Origin: Monocercomonoides exilis PA203
Lineage: Eukaryota; Protista; Preaxostyla
Direction of reading: 5' to 3'
DNA: 64,000 nt
NCBI GenBank assembly: GCA_001643675.2
Contig: LSRY02000006.1
Location: 930,001 to 994,000, forward strand
The notes beneath the pieces are model-generated. The model saw nothing but the letters and a program-made list of their open reading frames with translations, ran no database searches and was not told the origin of the DNA. Shown one piece after another: positions 26,501-38,208 of this stretch. How positions within the stretch are numbered: the first letter of the stretch is position 1; each line of letters opens with the position of its first letter. Made by a program: the position numbers and the translations under genes.

Positions 26501-27489
26501 CTCTCTCTCCTTTCCCATTCCTCGTCATTTTCAGTGCCTTTCCACTTTCCCGTATCACTTCCTTCATTCTCTCCAGCACCAACAGTACTCAGAGAGTGGA
26601 AGTGCGTCCTTGTGAAATCAATTGGCACCCTTCCAACTCCACGGGGAGGGAATGCTGTGTCAGTTACACCAACGTCTTTTGGCTTGACAGCTTCCAGAAA
26701 TGCGTCGTGAATGCCCGGAACCGAAACACTCTTTTGATACTTTCTCACAACTTTTTTGGAGCGTATCCTGTACATCGCAGAAAAGCAGGAAAAAATAATG
26801 GAAAAGAACGAAGATCGATCACACGTTTCTTTTTCCTTCACTTGCTTCCTTCGGAGTTCTTTGTTTTTTTTTTTGATTTCTTCTTCGACAAGCTCGAGAT
26901 GTTTCTGAAGTTCGTCAGTCAACAGAAAAGATTTCACTCCAAAAATAAGCAATACACACCATTTGCAAAGCCTTTTGAAATCGTTCTTGCTCTAATTCAT
27001 TATTCATCTGAAATTTATTATTTTATTTTATTTTATTTTTTTTTTTTTGAAAAAATTATTATTAACCTTTCCATTAAATATTCAAATGGCTCACACCTCC
27101 GCCTTCTGATTTGAAATAACCTCTACATAATTTCTGGCATATTCTGCTGCTGATACTTCTTCTTCAAGACGTTTCCTGACCAATTCTTCCTTTTTCCTTC
27201 GTTTTTCTAATTCTTCAAATTTTTGAGCTTCCTGAAAATTTTCGCTAAGTCATTTGAAATGAAAATGTTGAATACCATTTCTTCTTGTTGTTTTCTTTCA
27301 TAAGCAATCTGCTGTTCCCTCTGCTTCCTGAGTGTTTCTTCTCTTATGTATTTGTTTATTCTTTCTCGAGCCTAGAAAATGAATTTTACGCAAAGTTAAT
27401 AATAATAGAAGCAATATTTATAAAACTATTTTCATTCTATATCCCTTTTGCCTCACTTTGGGATCAATAAACGAGCCAGAAAAAAACAT
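23506..27489 (-). CDS. Hypothetical protein: N-terminal coiled coil, long Ser-rich disordered tail; multi-exon
   Basis: Inferred exons MFFSGSFIDPKVRQKGYRMKI|ARERINK..QQEEM|EAQKFEE..QKAE|MNNELEQ..ALQM|KHLELVEEE lead into the 1148-aa ORF, all with GT..AG boundaries. No recognisable domain. Confidence 0.65.
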
Positions 27490-28213
27490 TTTTATAAATT
27501 GAAATGAAACAAAATAATTATGGTTCAAAAACTCAGAAATGAAGCACATTTTTTTTTTGACATTTATGAAAAAGGCAACCATTTATTCAAAACTTTTTCT
27601 CCATTGTATCATATATAGTCTTGCATTCCCATGAAAAAAAGAAGAAAAATATAACAATTGAGAAAAATATTTAAAGATTGTGTGTTGAATAAGGTTCATA
27701 ATGCGAAAAATTTTGTTCTTAATAAGAAGAAATTCTTTTTATTTGAAAAAATACAATGATAAATATTTTCTCTTTTTGATTAAATATCATTATTTGTGAA
27801 ACGTTCCATGCCAAAACAAAACAATAAATATTATTCAGGCATAATGAAACACACGACGCAAATGAATATAAGGGACAAAATTTTAAACTTTATGAATTTT
27901 GTTCCATTCTTCACTTTCATATATTTTTCTCGATTTTTGAATTTTTCTGTGATTATTTTCATTGTTACGTTTGATTCATTTAGAAATGATTGTTGAAAAA
28001 GTCTGGAACAAATCTCAGTCTTTTCCTAATTAAAAAGAATTTGCTCCAAATGTGATTAAATATGGGTGCAAGGAATATTGGAATTGCGAAGGGTGGCATG
28101 ACGATATAATTTTTACTATTGCTTTTGGATGAATCAATGCTGGAATGTCGAAATAAAGATAAAGATAGAGACGAAATAACCAGCATGATGAGCTTGATGA
28201 TAAGTCACTCCAA

Positions 28214-31200
28214 GTGAACATAAGAAAAGAGATGCTTCTTTGCTGTCAGCAAGCGGAAACAGAAAGTGAAAAATCATTTTCAAACGAGGCGGCAGGAAAT
28301 CTACAGACAAAAAGAAGCCAGGTGAAGTGGCATGTGTCTTTTCTGAATTCATCTGTTTCGATGAAGAATTTTGGTATTTTCAACATGAAAGGGAGAATTT
28401 TTGATATTCTGGAAAGTTATTCGATGGAGTTGCAGTATTGTTCAATAGAAGCCTAAACGGGAAATGTTTGCGATGTGTGGTGTAGCAGGAGTAATGTCTG
28501 CATGAAAAACATCACGATCGAGAATTCAAAACAGAGCTGCACTTCGAGAACAGCTGCGCTAATTAGCACAGACGATATACCATCATTCTTTTTTGAGGAA
28601 TGCAATATTGCAGATAAGATGGTTGAAGCTGGTTCATCATTACTCTGCGATGGACGAGTTGGGCTTGCTTCTGTTTCTCGATGTTCATTCCGAAACATTT
28701 CTAGCAAAGGAACTTTTGGCGTTCAAAGCACAAGCAAAGAATGGCAGAGATGCTCATTTTCAGATTCAGCAGTCGAACGAGTCGATTGCCCACATTACGG
28801 AACGCTCGTTAGTCAAGCAAGAACTAGTTTGAAGATGATCAACACATCTATCAGCAGTTGCTCAAATACAATCATTGATCCATCAAAAGGAAATGAATTT
28901 TCCACTGGATTGATTGAAATTTCTGATACTTCTTTTGTTTCTGTAAAATCAACAGATGCAAGTGGAGGTTGCCTTAGCTTTTCTGGAACATCAAGCTCTT
29001 CAATTGCACGAAGCACGTTTTGCGAATGCTCAGTTATTCGAGAAACCTCTGAGCCTTCTGGTGGTGCCACAAGTATTTCCGGAAATGGAATTCATGATGT
29101 AGCATTTTGTCGATTCATGAACTGTTCATCATATCGGATGGCTGGGAGTTTGTTTTATAATGGATATGAAAAAATCACAATTAGAGATTCATTATTTGAA
29201 AGATGCTCATCAATGTATTATGGTGCGTTGGATTTTTATATGCAAATGAGAATTGATGGAACATTTCTTTCAAATTTGCAATTCTTATTTTGCTTCTCTT
29301 CTTCTCGTGGATCTGCACTTTCATTTGATAATAGCAGCAGCGCGCCTGCTGTATCTGACTGTCTCTTTAATTCTTGTCATAGCAAAGGAATGGGAGGGGC
29401 AGTGTTATTTTATTATGGAGCAATAACAGCTGAAAATGTTTCCATCTCATTTTGTTATTATATAAATAACACAGCAACCTTTGGAGTTGATATCATTGTT
29501 TGGCAAAATTGGAGCACGTTTGTAATGAAAGAGAAGATAATTATGTGTTTCTCAGTTTCAGAGGGATATCGCGTTAGTGTTAATGATGTCCGATGCAACG
29601 ATTGGCTTCCAAATCCACCTTCTAGCATGGATCCTATTTGTATATCATTCAGAGGAACAGATGTTGAGGGATGTGGGCATCATGCGCACGAATGCCAAAC
29701 AATATCATTTGGTTTGAGAAGGCGAACATCAACTGAGGTTTTGCTTGTGCAAAGAGGCAATTACACAGAATCAGAAATAGCATTTGAAACCAATCTGGAA
29801 TTGAAGGGTGCTGAAATGACAGAAACGCGCTTGAGCTGGAAAGGAAAAAACGAAAATGGAGCTCTGTTTTTTGTTGCAGAACAAACGCTGAAGGTCAGCG
29901 ATATAACACTTATTCATGGCTTATCTGACAGCGGAGAGAGCTCTATTTTGCTGTGGATTGATGGGGGATCTGCAGAATTTGAGAGTTTGTTGGTCACTTG
30001 TGATGAAAATCAGAATTCTCGACTTGAAAACAGTTTGATTTCTTTGCAAAGTGGGACTGCAAGATTTGCAAAAGTGACATTCAGTTCAATCGAGCAGTTG
30101 AATTGCCCGCTGTTGGATTTTAGAGATCCATCAGAGTTTCAGATGGAAAACTGTTCATTTGAATCAATAATTAGAAATGTTGGTGATGGCGCAGTTATTT
30201 CAAAGGTGGTGGAAAACGGAGAAAAACTTGAATTGAACGGAATACGATTTGAAAGATTCAAATGTGCGAGAGGAAATGGAGGAGCCATGCACGTGACTTT
30301 GAAAGAAGGTGGACAGGTGAGAATTGGGAACGAGTCAGTTGTCCATGCAACCATGTGTGAAGTTCCTTCAGAGCAACAGTGGAGAGGATGCGGTGGGTGG
30401 ATGTATCTTCTTTTGAATGAAAGAGCGAGTGATTTTATTATTCAGGATATTGTGTTTTCAGAATGTGGAGGGTGGGCAGGAAAGAATTTATTTATGGATG
30501 CAGAGGATTTGAGTGCAGTAGCAAACATGGAACACATGAAATTTGAGATATTGATTGAAGAGGAGAGAGACAGAGAGGTGATGGGGTATGAAGGGAGAAA
30601 ACGAGATTATGAAATTCCGCTGAGGGTGTATTTCACCGTTCCATTTCCAGAAGAAGGGTATGTTGGTGGAGAGAAGAGTTTTGATTTCAGTGGATGTGGA
30701 TTTTCATCGCATCCCTGCTCAACATTGGGGAAGATAGTTGAATTGAGATTTAGAAACAGCAAACGGAAGATTATCGTGAATGATGGATTTGAGTTGACAG
30801 AAGTTATTTCGATGGCAGGATCATCTGAATGGGAGGTGTTTTGCAGTTTTAATAAGACGAAGGTGAATGTGAAAGCACCAAGCAGCATGACATCTTTGTA
30901 TTTGATAAATGTGGAGAGTGTTAGTTCCATTGTGAACATTGCGTTCCAAATTCCACATCAACTTTCTGGTGCAACATCACTCATTGGTTTGACCAGCTCA
31001 TCACTCACACTCGCAGACTGTTCAGTTGCTCATTTGTCAGAGAGCACATCGAGTGTGGCCTTTGGATATTGCATTGTGAATGCACAGAGTGGGAGTCTGA
31101 AAATGGAACGATTTGTGATTGAAGAAGGGCTGATATTCAATGATCATTCAGCGATTGAATTTTGTGAAGGAATGACGAGTGTGATTTATTCAGGATGCAA

Positions 31201-34200
31201 TATCAGTGGAGTCAAAAGGAATGAGGGAGATGGAGGATGGATGAAAGGAACAATTGGGAATAATGGGATTGTGAGTGTTGATGGATGCAATGTGAATGGG
31301 TGCAGTTGTGTTGGAGGAAAGGAAGGAGGAATATATATTGGATTGAAGGGAAATGGAAAAGTGTTTGTGAATGGAACGAGTGTGATTGATAGGAATAAGG
31401 CAGAGAATAATGGAGGAAATGGAGGGAATGGAGGGAGAGGAGGGAGAGGAGGAGGGATGTTTGTGTTGATGGAGAGCGAGGGATGTGGATTGACAATTGG
31501 GCAGAATGTGAAGTTTTCGAAAATGAATGGGAATGTGGCAACATATGGGAAGGATGTGTTTGTTGATTGTGGGAGTGGAGTGTTTTTGGAGTCAAAAGTG
31601 AATACAGATACATTTGCATTTTTCACTCCACTGACAATTCCATCAGATGTGTTGAAATTGAGTGGGAGTGAAAATGGGGATGAAAGTGGAGTGATTCCAC
31701 TTTTTGTGTATTTGTGATCAATGGGGACAAAAGTGATTGTTGATGGGAGTGGAGGAAATGGGATGGATCACAATCATTGTGGATTTGAAGGATTTGGGTG
31801 TTTGACAGTCGATTATTGTGCAAACTAAAGATTGAATGAAAATGTGAATGAAATAGAGGTTGTCTCATCTTCATCAACAAGGGATGAAATTGATTTTTCT
31901 TTATTTGATGTGAGTATTTCAGGCAGAACAGTGTCATCCGATGGAGAGAGGATGGGAGTGAATGTGAGTGATGGAGGATCAGCCACACAAGACTGGCTTG
32001 TTGGATGTTCGAGTTCACTGACAATGAGCAGACTTTCATTTATTGTGAAAAGTCAGCTGAATTCAAGGAGAAGTGCATTCATTCACTCAACATCAACACT
32101 CAGTGTGATGAACTGTTCAGTCTCATTTGAGAGCGGGGCATTGACTGATGGAAAGATAGGATATAATGTGATAAACATTGAGTGGGGAGAACTGATTGTT
32201 GATGGATTTGTGATGGAAGGGAATGTGATAATGAATGGAAAAACACCAATAACGATGGTAAATGGAGTGAAATTGGAGATTTTGAATTGCAGAGTGATTG
32301 GAGTGGAAGTGATAGGAGAAGATGGGGGATGTTTGAATGTTGGGATGAAGGAAGGTGGATGCGTGAATATTGAAGAAAGCAATTTGTCATCAATGTGTTC
32401 AGGTGGAAGTGGAATGAAAGGAGGAGGGATGATGATATCAGTTGGAAGTGAAGGAAGTTTGGAAATGAAAAATGTGAATTTGTCTGAATGTGAAGTTCCA
32501 ACAGATGAGAGTGAAGAGAGTGGAAGAGGAATGTGAGGAGGGATATTCGCTGAACTGCCTGCTCAAATAGGAACATTTGTGATGGAAGGAATGACATTTG
32601 AGGGATGCAATGCCTGGAAAGGGAAGAATGTGTTTGCGTTAGGATGGGATCTGAGAGAGATTGTGAACAAAGATCATTTGAAATGGGAGATGAGTTCAAA
32701 CGAGTTGGGATCGTTGGATGAGTTGTGTGGATGGGAGAGGAAGACAACAGGAGAGGAGGGATATGTGATTCCACTTGTTGTGTATTTGTGGAGTAATTGG
32801 AGTGGGAATGGGTTTGTTTCGAAAGATGGAGGAGGAGACTTCAGTGGGTGTGGATATTCGGAAGCACCATGTTCATCGATTGACCACTTGATATTACTGA
32901 GATATGAACCACTTGATGAAGGTGAACCTCACATCAATGTTGTGGATTCTGGATTGTCGAGCCATTCCATTTCTTTTTCTTCCTCATCGCCTCCAGCTTT
33001 ACATGATTCAGAGGCACAAAAAGTGGTGATTGAAGGAACATCGAAAGGCACAGCAGTGATAACAAGCAATGATGATGATGAGAATGATATGGTTGGTGGT
33101 TCATTAATATCATCTGGTGTGAGTCTGACACTGGTAAATTTGTCATTCTCAAATACCAATCCAAACAGTCATCAGGAGATATTGATTGAATCATCAGGAG
33201 CAAACATCTGTTTGTCTGTTGTGGATTGCTCATTTGGCTCATTGAATGGAATGGCGGATGCAGGGTTTTGTGTGATGAAAGTGAATGGAGGCAGAGCCGT
33301 TGTTCAAGGATGTTCGTTGGATGCAGGGGGTCAGCTGAGAGGGTTCATCGCTTTCAGTGCAGCGGCAGCAAGGGAGATGATTGTGGAGGATGTGAACATC
33401 TCGAATGTTGGGGTGAAAGAGAGAAGTCTGACATCGATGTTTGAGGATGAACAGACGAATGGGATGAAAGCCAAAAGAGGGATGAATGGAGGGGAAAACA
33501 GGCATTCAAACAACGAAAAAGTGGTGATAAAAGTGAATGGGTCTTCGTTCACAAACATCACAAATGGAGAAAACGGAGCAGGGATGTTGAGTGTGGATTC
33601 ATTTGAGAGTGCGATGGAGTGTGTGTTGGAGGGGTGTTCGGTTTCGAGTTGCAGGAGTGAAATGAGCGAGGAAGGAGGAGGGATGAAAGTGTGTCTGAAG
33701 AGAGGGGAATCAGAAGTGAGAGTTGTTGGATGTTCACTGGCGATGTGCTCGTGCTCGGGGGTGAAGGGAAGAGGAGGAGGAGTGATGGTTGATGCACTTG
33801 ACCCGAATGGGGGTGGAGCCAGTGCATTTGGGCCTGTTGGGATAAGGATGGAGAATGTGAGGTTTTGGGGCAACGAGGCATTTGTGGGGAAGGATGTGTT
33901 CATCAGATGCGAGTCGATTGCCGAACAGATCAATGAGACATTGTTTGTGCTGGATCTCAGCCAGGATGCCCTGAAATCCTCCAACTCCATCTGTGGGTCT
34001 GACAAGGAAAGGGATGATGCTGATCTGATCCCTCTGATCACATTCTATTATGGCAAGCAGTTGTTTGTCTCTTTGAGTGGAAGAGATGACAGACAATGTG
34101 GGGCACAGAACAATCCTTGCCTGAGCATTGGCAGTGCTGTGAAGCACATTCAAAGTGGCTTTGCAAATATGCTTCTGATTGATGGGGAAGGGGCGATTGG

Positions 34201-36901
34201 GGGAAAGTGTGTGATTGGGGATGTGAATGTGAAGAGTCTGAAGAAGACTCAATCGACAATCCATCTTGATGGAAAGATGGAGGCTGTGGGGGATGAAGGG
34301 GGTGTAATTGTGTTTGTGAATGAGAGTGCTGTGGAGAAATGTGAATTCTTGTTTGGGTTGAGTTTTGAATCAGAGCATTCAAGCATTGTGAAAGTGAAGA
34401 ATGGAACATTGGGGGTGAGTGAGTGTTGGTGGAAGAGTGTTGGAATGATGACACTTTTGAACAGAACAATTGTGGAAGTGGAGAGTGGAGAGATGGAGAT
34501 GGAGAAATGTGTTGTCAGCTGTGTTTCCACTTCACAAGAGATATTGTCATTCTGTGAAGGGAGCAAGGCTGCGATATATCAGCTGAGGATGAGCGATATT
34601 GAGAGCGAGGATGGAGGGATTGTTGATGCGAAGAAAGCAAGGGTGGAGGCGAAGGAGATGTCGATGAGCAACATCACCAGACAGAACAGAGGGAGCATTG
34701 TGAAGATGATGGAATGCACAGAAAGAGTGGATTTGATGAATTGCTCGATGAGAATGTGTTTGGGAAAAGAAGGGAGAGGATGGATGGTGAGTGTGTGCAA
34801 GTGTGAAAGTGTGAATGTTGACTGTTGTGAGTTTGATGGAGAAGAGGAAGAGAATGAAGAGAGAACCAGAAATGAGCAGGACGAAGGAGAAAGAAGAGAG
34901 GAGATATGCAAGTGGAATGGCTCAATGGTTGAATTTGAGATGAGTGAAGTGGAAATGAAGGATGCATCGATGAGAAACAGCAAAAAAGGGGGATTGTCAG
35001 TGAGCGCAGGAAATGTGGTGATTGAGAAAGGAGAGTTTGTGAACAACAACCCATCGATTGGAAAATATCCCTCAGCTCGGAGAAACATATTGTGCTCGGA
35101 TTCTGCTCAGCTGAATATCATGAGCTTGAAGGGAGGAGACGGAGTGAAAGATGATTCATCGATGTGGATTCTGAATGAAGGATGCACTTTGAAGGGGATT
35201 GTTGAGGAGCGAGCATCGCCATTATTCATACCCACACTGCGGCGGGTGGAGACAGAGGAGAAGGAAGTGGTGCTGGATGTTGTGTTCAGGGGCACACTTC
35301 TTCTGCCATGCAACCTGTCGTTTCGGGTTGTTTCGTCAGTGGGGGATGTGGAGCAGGTGGAGACACACGAGATAAGTGAGTCTGGGTTTGTGAGTGAAGA
35401 GGAAGTGCATGGCACAGCTGGGTTGGAGATGGTCAGAGGAGCAGAGGCGAGTGCGGAAGTGAAGGTGAGCATCTTGTTTGGAGACGGCCATTCTCCCTCG
35501 GCAACTGAGTCATTCATTCTGAAGAACAGGAGTGAGGTTGAATCGAAGGGAGATGAAAGGATTGTTGAAGGAAGAAAAGAAGGGAAATCATCATGGGCAT
35601 TGATTGTAATTGTTTTATTGGTTGTTATATTATTCATTGTTCTGATCGTATCTGTTGTTTTGGCCGTTCGATGGCGAAAACAAAAGAGAAGAACGGAAGA
35701 GTTGGAGATAATTGTGGAAGACACAGTGAAGAAGGATCCGAAGGCGTTTGAGATGGTGACGATGGAGATATCGCCTGAGGAGCAGTGGAGGAGAGCTGAG
35801 AGGGAAGCTGAAAAGAAAAATGTGGAAAGGATGAAAAAAAGAATATATGATACGAATATGCAGCATTCTGAATCATCAGAGCATCTTCTATCTGAGAGCG
35901 GCTCCACTGAATACATTCTGGGAAGGGATTCAGACAAGATTCCAGAATGGATGCTGGAAAAGGTTGACGAAAAGGAAGAGAAAAGAAAGAGATCTCCTTC
36001 ACCATCCATTTCATCCACTTCAACAACTGATTCAGATTCAACATTTGTTCGAGGAGAGGATCTGTGCCCAACCACTTCATCCATGTCGAATCTGGTGGAT
36101 GCAATGGCCTGTTCATCTCCTCATGAGAAATTGATTGCGGATCTGAGGGATTCGCTGTTCATGTTGCTTCATGGAAGGAACGAGAAGAAGGAGATGGCAA
36201 TAGGAACTCTGCAAGAGAGGGAGCTGACAGCTGCTCAGATCCTGTTCTGGGTGGCTAATCTTTCGCTCCATTCATTTGATGAAATGGAAAATCCACTCCA
36301 ATCATTGGCCAATCTGAGTCCCCACATTGTTTTGTTTTCTGAGCACATGGTGATCTGTGTTGCGATGCATTCGGATTGCTCTTCTTCAGACTCAGACACT
36401 TCATCCATCTCTTCATCAACTGTTATCACATCAACATCTGATTGCTCAACTATGAGCGATGATGAAAGAGATTCTCTGCCCTTGTCTGCGTTTGAGGATG
36501 ATGAAGACAATCGATATGAGTGCATGAGGTGGAAGGCGCCGGAGCTGCTGATCAACAAGAAGATGGGAGCGACAAAGGAATCGGTTTCATTCTCGATCGG
36601 GATGATGCTGTGGGAGTGTTTGACATTGAATATTCCCTTTGGTGATTATGAGGCAGAGGTGGCAGGGCAGAAGATTGTGAATGGAGAAAGACTGGAACTG
36701 AGGAGCATTGAAACTTCTCAGTTTGTGCGAGTTGTGAAGTGCTGTGTGGCATGGAAAGCAGAAGACAGACCATCGCTGATTGAGCTTCGGAAGGAGTTTA
36801 TCTGTTTTTTTCCGTCAGGTGCAACAATGCTGACGATCACAGATGCAATCAGAATTGAGGAATCAAGCAGTGAGAGCGAAGGATACACAAAGAGCAAATG
36901 A
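28214..36901 (+). pseudogene. Giant receptor-like gene (beta-helix/GGA-repeat ectodomain, one TM helix, degenerate TKL-like kinase tail) with 4 in-frame stops; 5' end uncertain
   Basis: ORFs at 28214, 28475, 31832 and 32579 share one frame, separated only by TAA 28454, TGA 31715, TAA 31826 and TGA 32534. Five D..CG....(P)C.(T/S) modules, GGG/GGA motifs, TM WALIVIVLLVVILFIVLIVSVVLAV, kinase C-lobe motifs MRWKAPE, SFSIGMMLWECLT..IPF, DRPS. Confidence 0.8.
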
Positions 36902-38100
36902 ACTGGTCAATCAAATGACTGAAGAGGTTGAGGGAAAGGGAAGGAATAGTTAAATTGACTGGGAAATGTTTTGTTGTTTTACAGAATATTAGTTAATGAA
37001 TAGAGAAAGGGTTGTTCTGATAAAATGATAACAAGCAGTTTGTTCATCTGAGCAAACATTAGGATTTTAATTGTATGTGAAAGGATAAGTATTATATGTA
37101 GATTTTTGTATGTCTTTCTGGTTTTTGTATTATTATTAAGTTTTGTTTCGGCTTTTGATAATTGTCGCTTTGACTTTCGTTAGGTGCGATGAGGCGTCAA
37201 TTTCCCATTATCCAAAAACCAAGACTTCAAGAAAAATAATCGTTCTTCCTTTTCTTTAAAACAATTTGGTGCATTTTTTTTTTCTTTTTTGAAAAAATAC
37301 AACGATTTGTACCAACTATTTCTGCTATTTTGCAATTTTAATTGATAATTTAAATAAAGAAATAAAAAATTTATATTTACGATATCAATTCAAACTTCAA
37401 GTGATTTTTTGTTTATCAATAAATGAAGAACAATTTGACTGATTTTTTTTTTTTTTGAAAACTTCCATTTGTTTCATTTTCAAATTAAAAAATTAGCCAT
37501 TTGACACTTTTGTCGATCGACTTGCTGTGATACTTCGTTTGAAGTCGGTCTGTCGCAAAGTCCTAATCGAATTATTTTTGGGCAATCGTTTTTCTGGAAC
37601 TTTTATAATTAAATAAAAATTTTTCGTAACAAAAAGAAAGAAAGAAAGAAAGAAAGAAAAGAAAAGAAAAAAGAAAGAAAGAAAAATACCCATTATGAAT
37701 ATATTTAACACGAACCAAGAACTATTTTCACTTTTCTTATTCCGTTTTCATTTTTAAAAATCAGTTTTAAAACATCAAAACTAATATCATCATATTTTAT
37801 TTAATTTTTTATCCCCATAAAATGTGCTTATTCTCAATGGAAATACTCTTTTTTTTAATTCCTTAAAAAAAGAATATGTGACTTTTACTGTTTTCTCTTT
37901 TGTTTTGAGATATCATCACTTTCAAACGAGTCACCCATCAGATCTGAAATGAATATTCAAAATTCATCAAACGGTGATGCAATGATGAAATGAAAAAGGG
38001 AGTGAGTAACATAGTGCAAATTACAAACGCGCCTGAAGAGAAGGGAAAATGAAAGGAAAATTTAATATCATTCTTCATGGGGTGAGCATGACACGAGGAG

Positions 38101-38208
38101 GAAAAAAGAGAAGGAAGTGAGAGTCACATTCTCTTTTTTAATTAAAGCACATGAACTTTGATTTAAAAGAAAACATTCTTTCACTTCCTTCTCTTCTGTT
38201 TTGAGAGA
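38101..38208. repeat. DIRS internal complementary region (ICR), imperfect palindrome centred on CATG 38150-38153
   Basis: 38150-38208 matches the reverse complement of 45739-45797 at 54/59. The 38101-38150 half is an inverted match to ~37863-37900 (shared AAAAAAGA..ATGTGACT). Confidence 0.8.

Noticed and set aside
28454-32536. Stop-codon reassignment (TAA/TAG=Gln as in some oxymonads, or TGA=Trp/Sec)
   Set aside because: Conserved genes here end in TAA (ITPA), TAG (cathepsin) and TGA (FCP1), long ORFs have no internal TAR, and the internal TGA stops replace different residues.
37155-37590. Possible separate inverted-repeat element between 37160-37200 and 37500-37575
   Set aside because: Matches are short and gapped, with no TSD.
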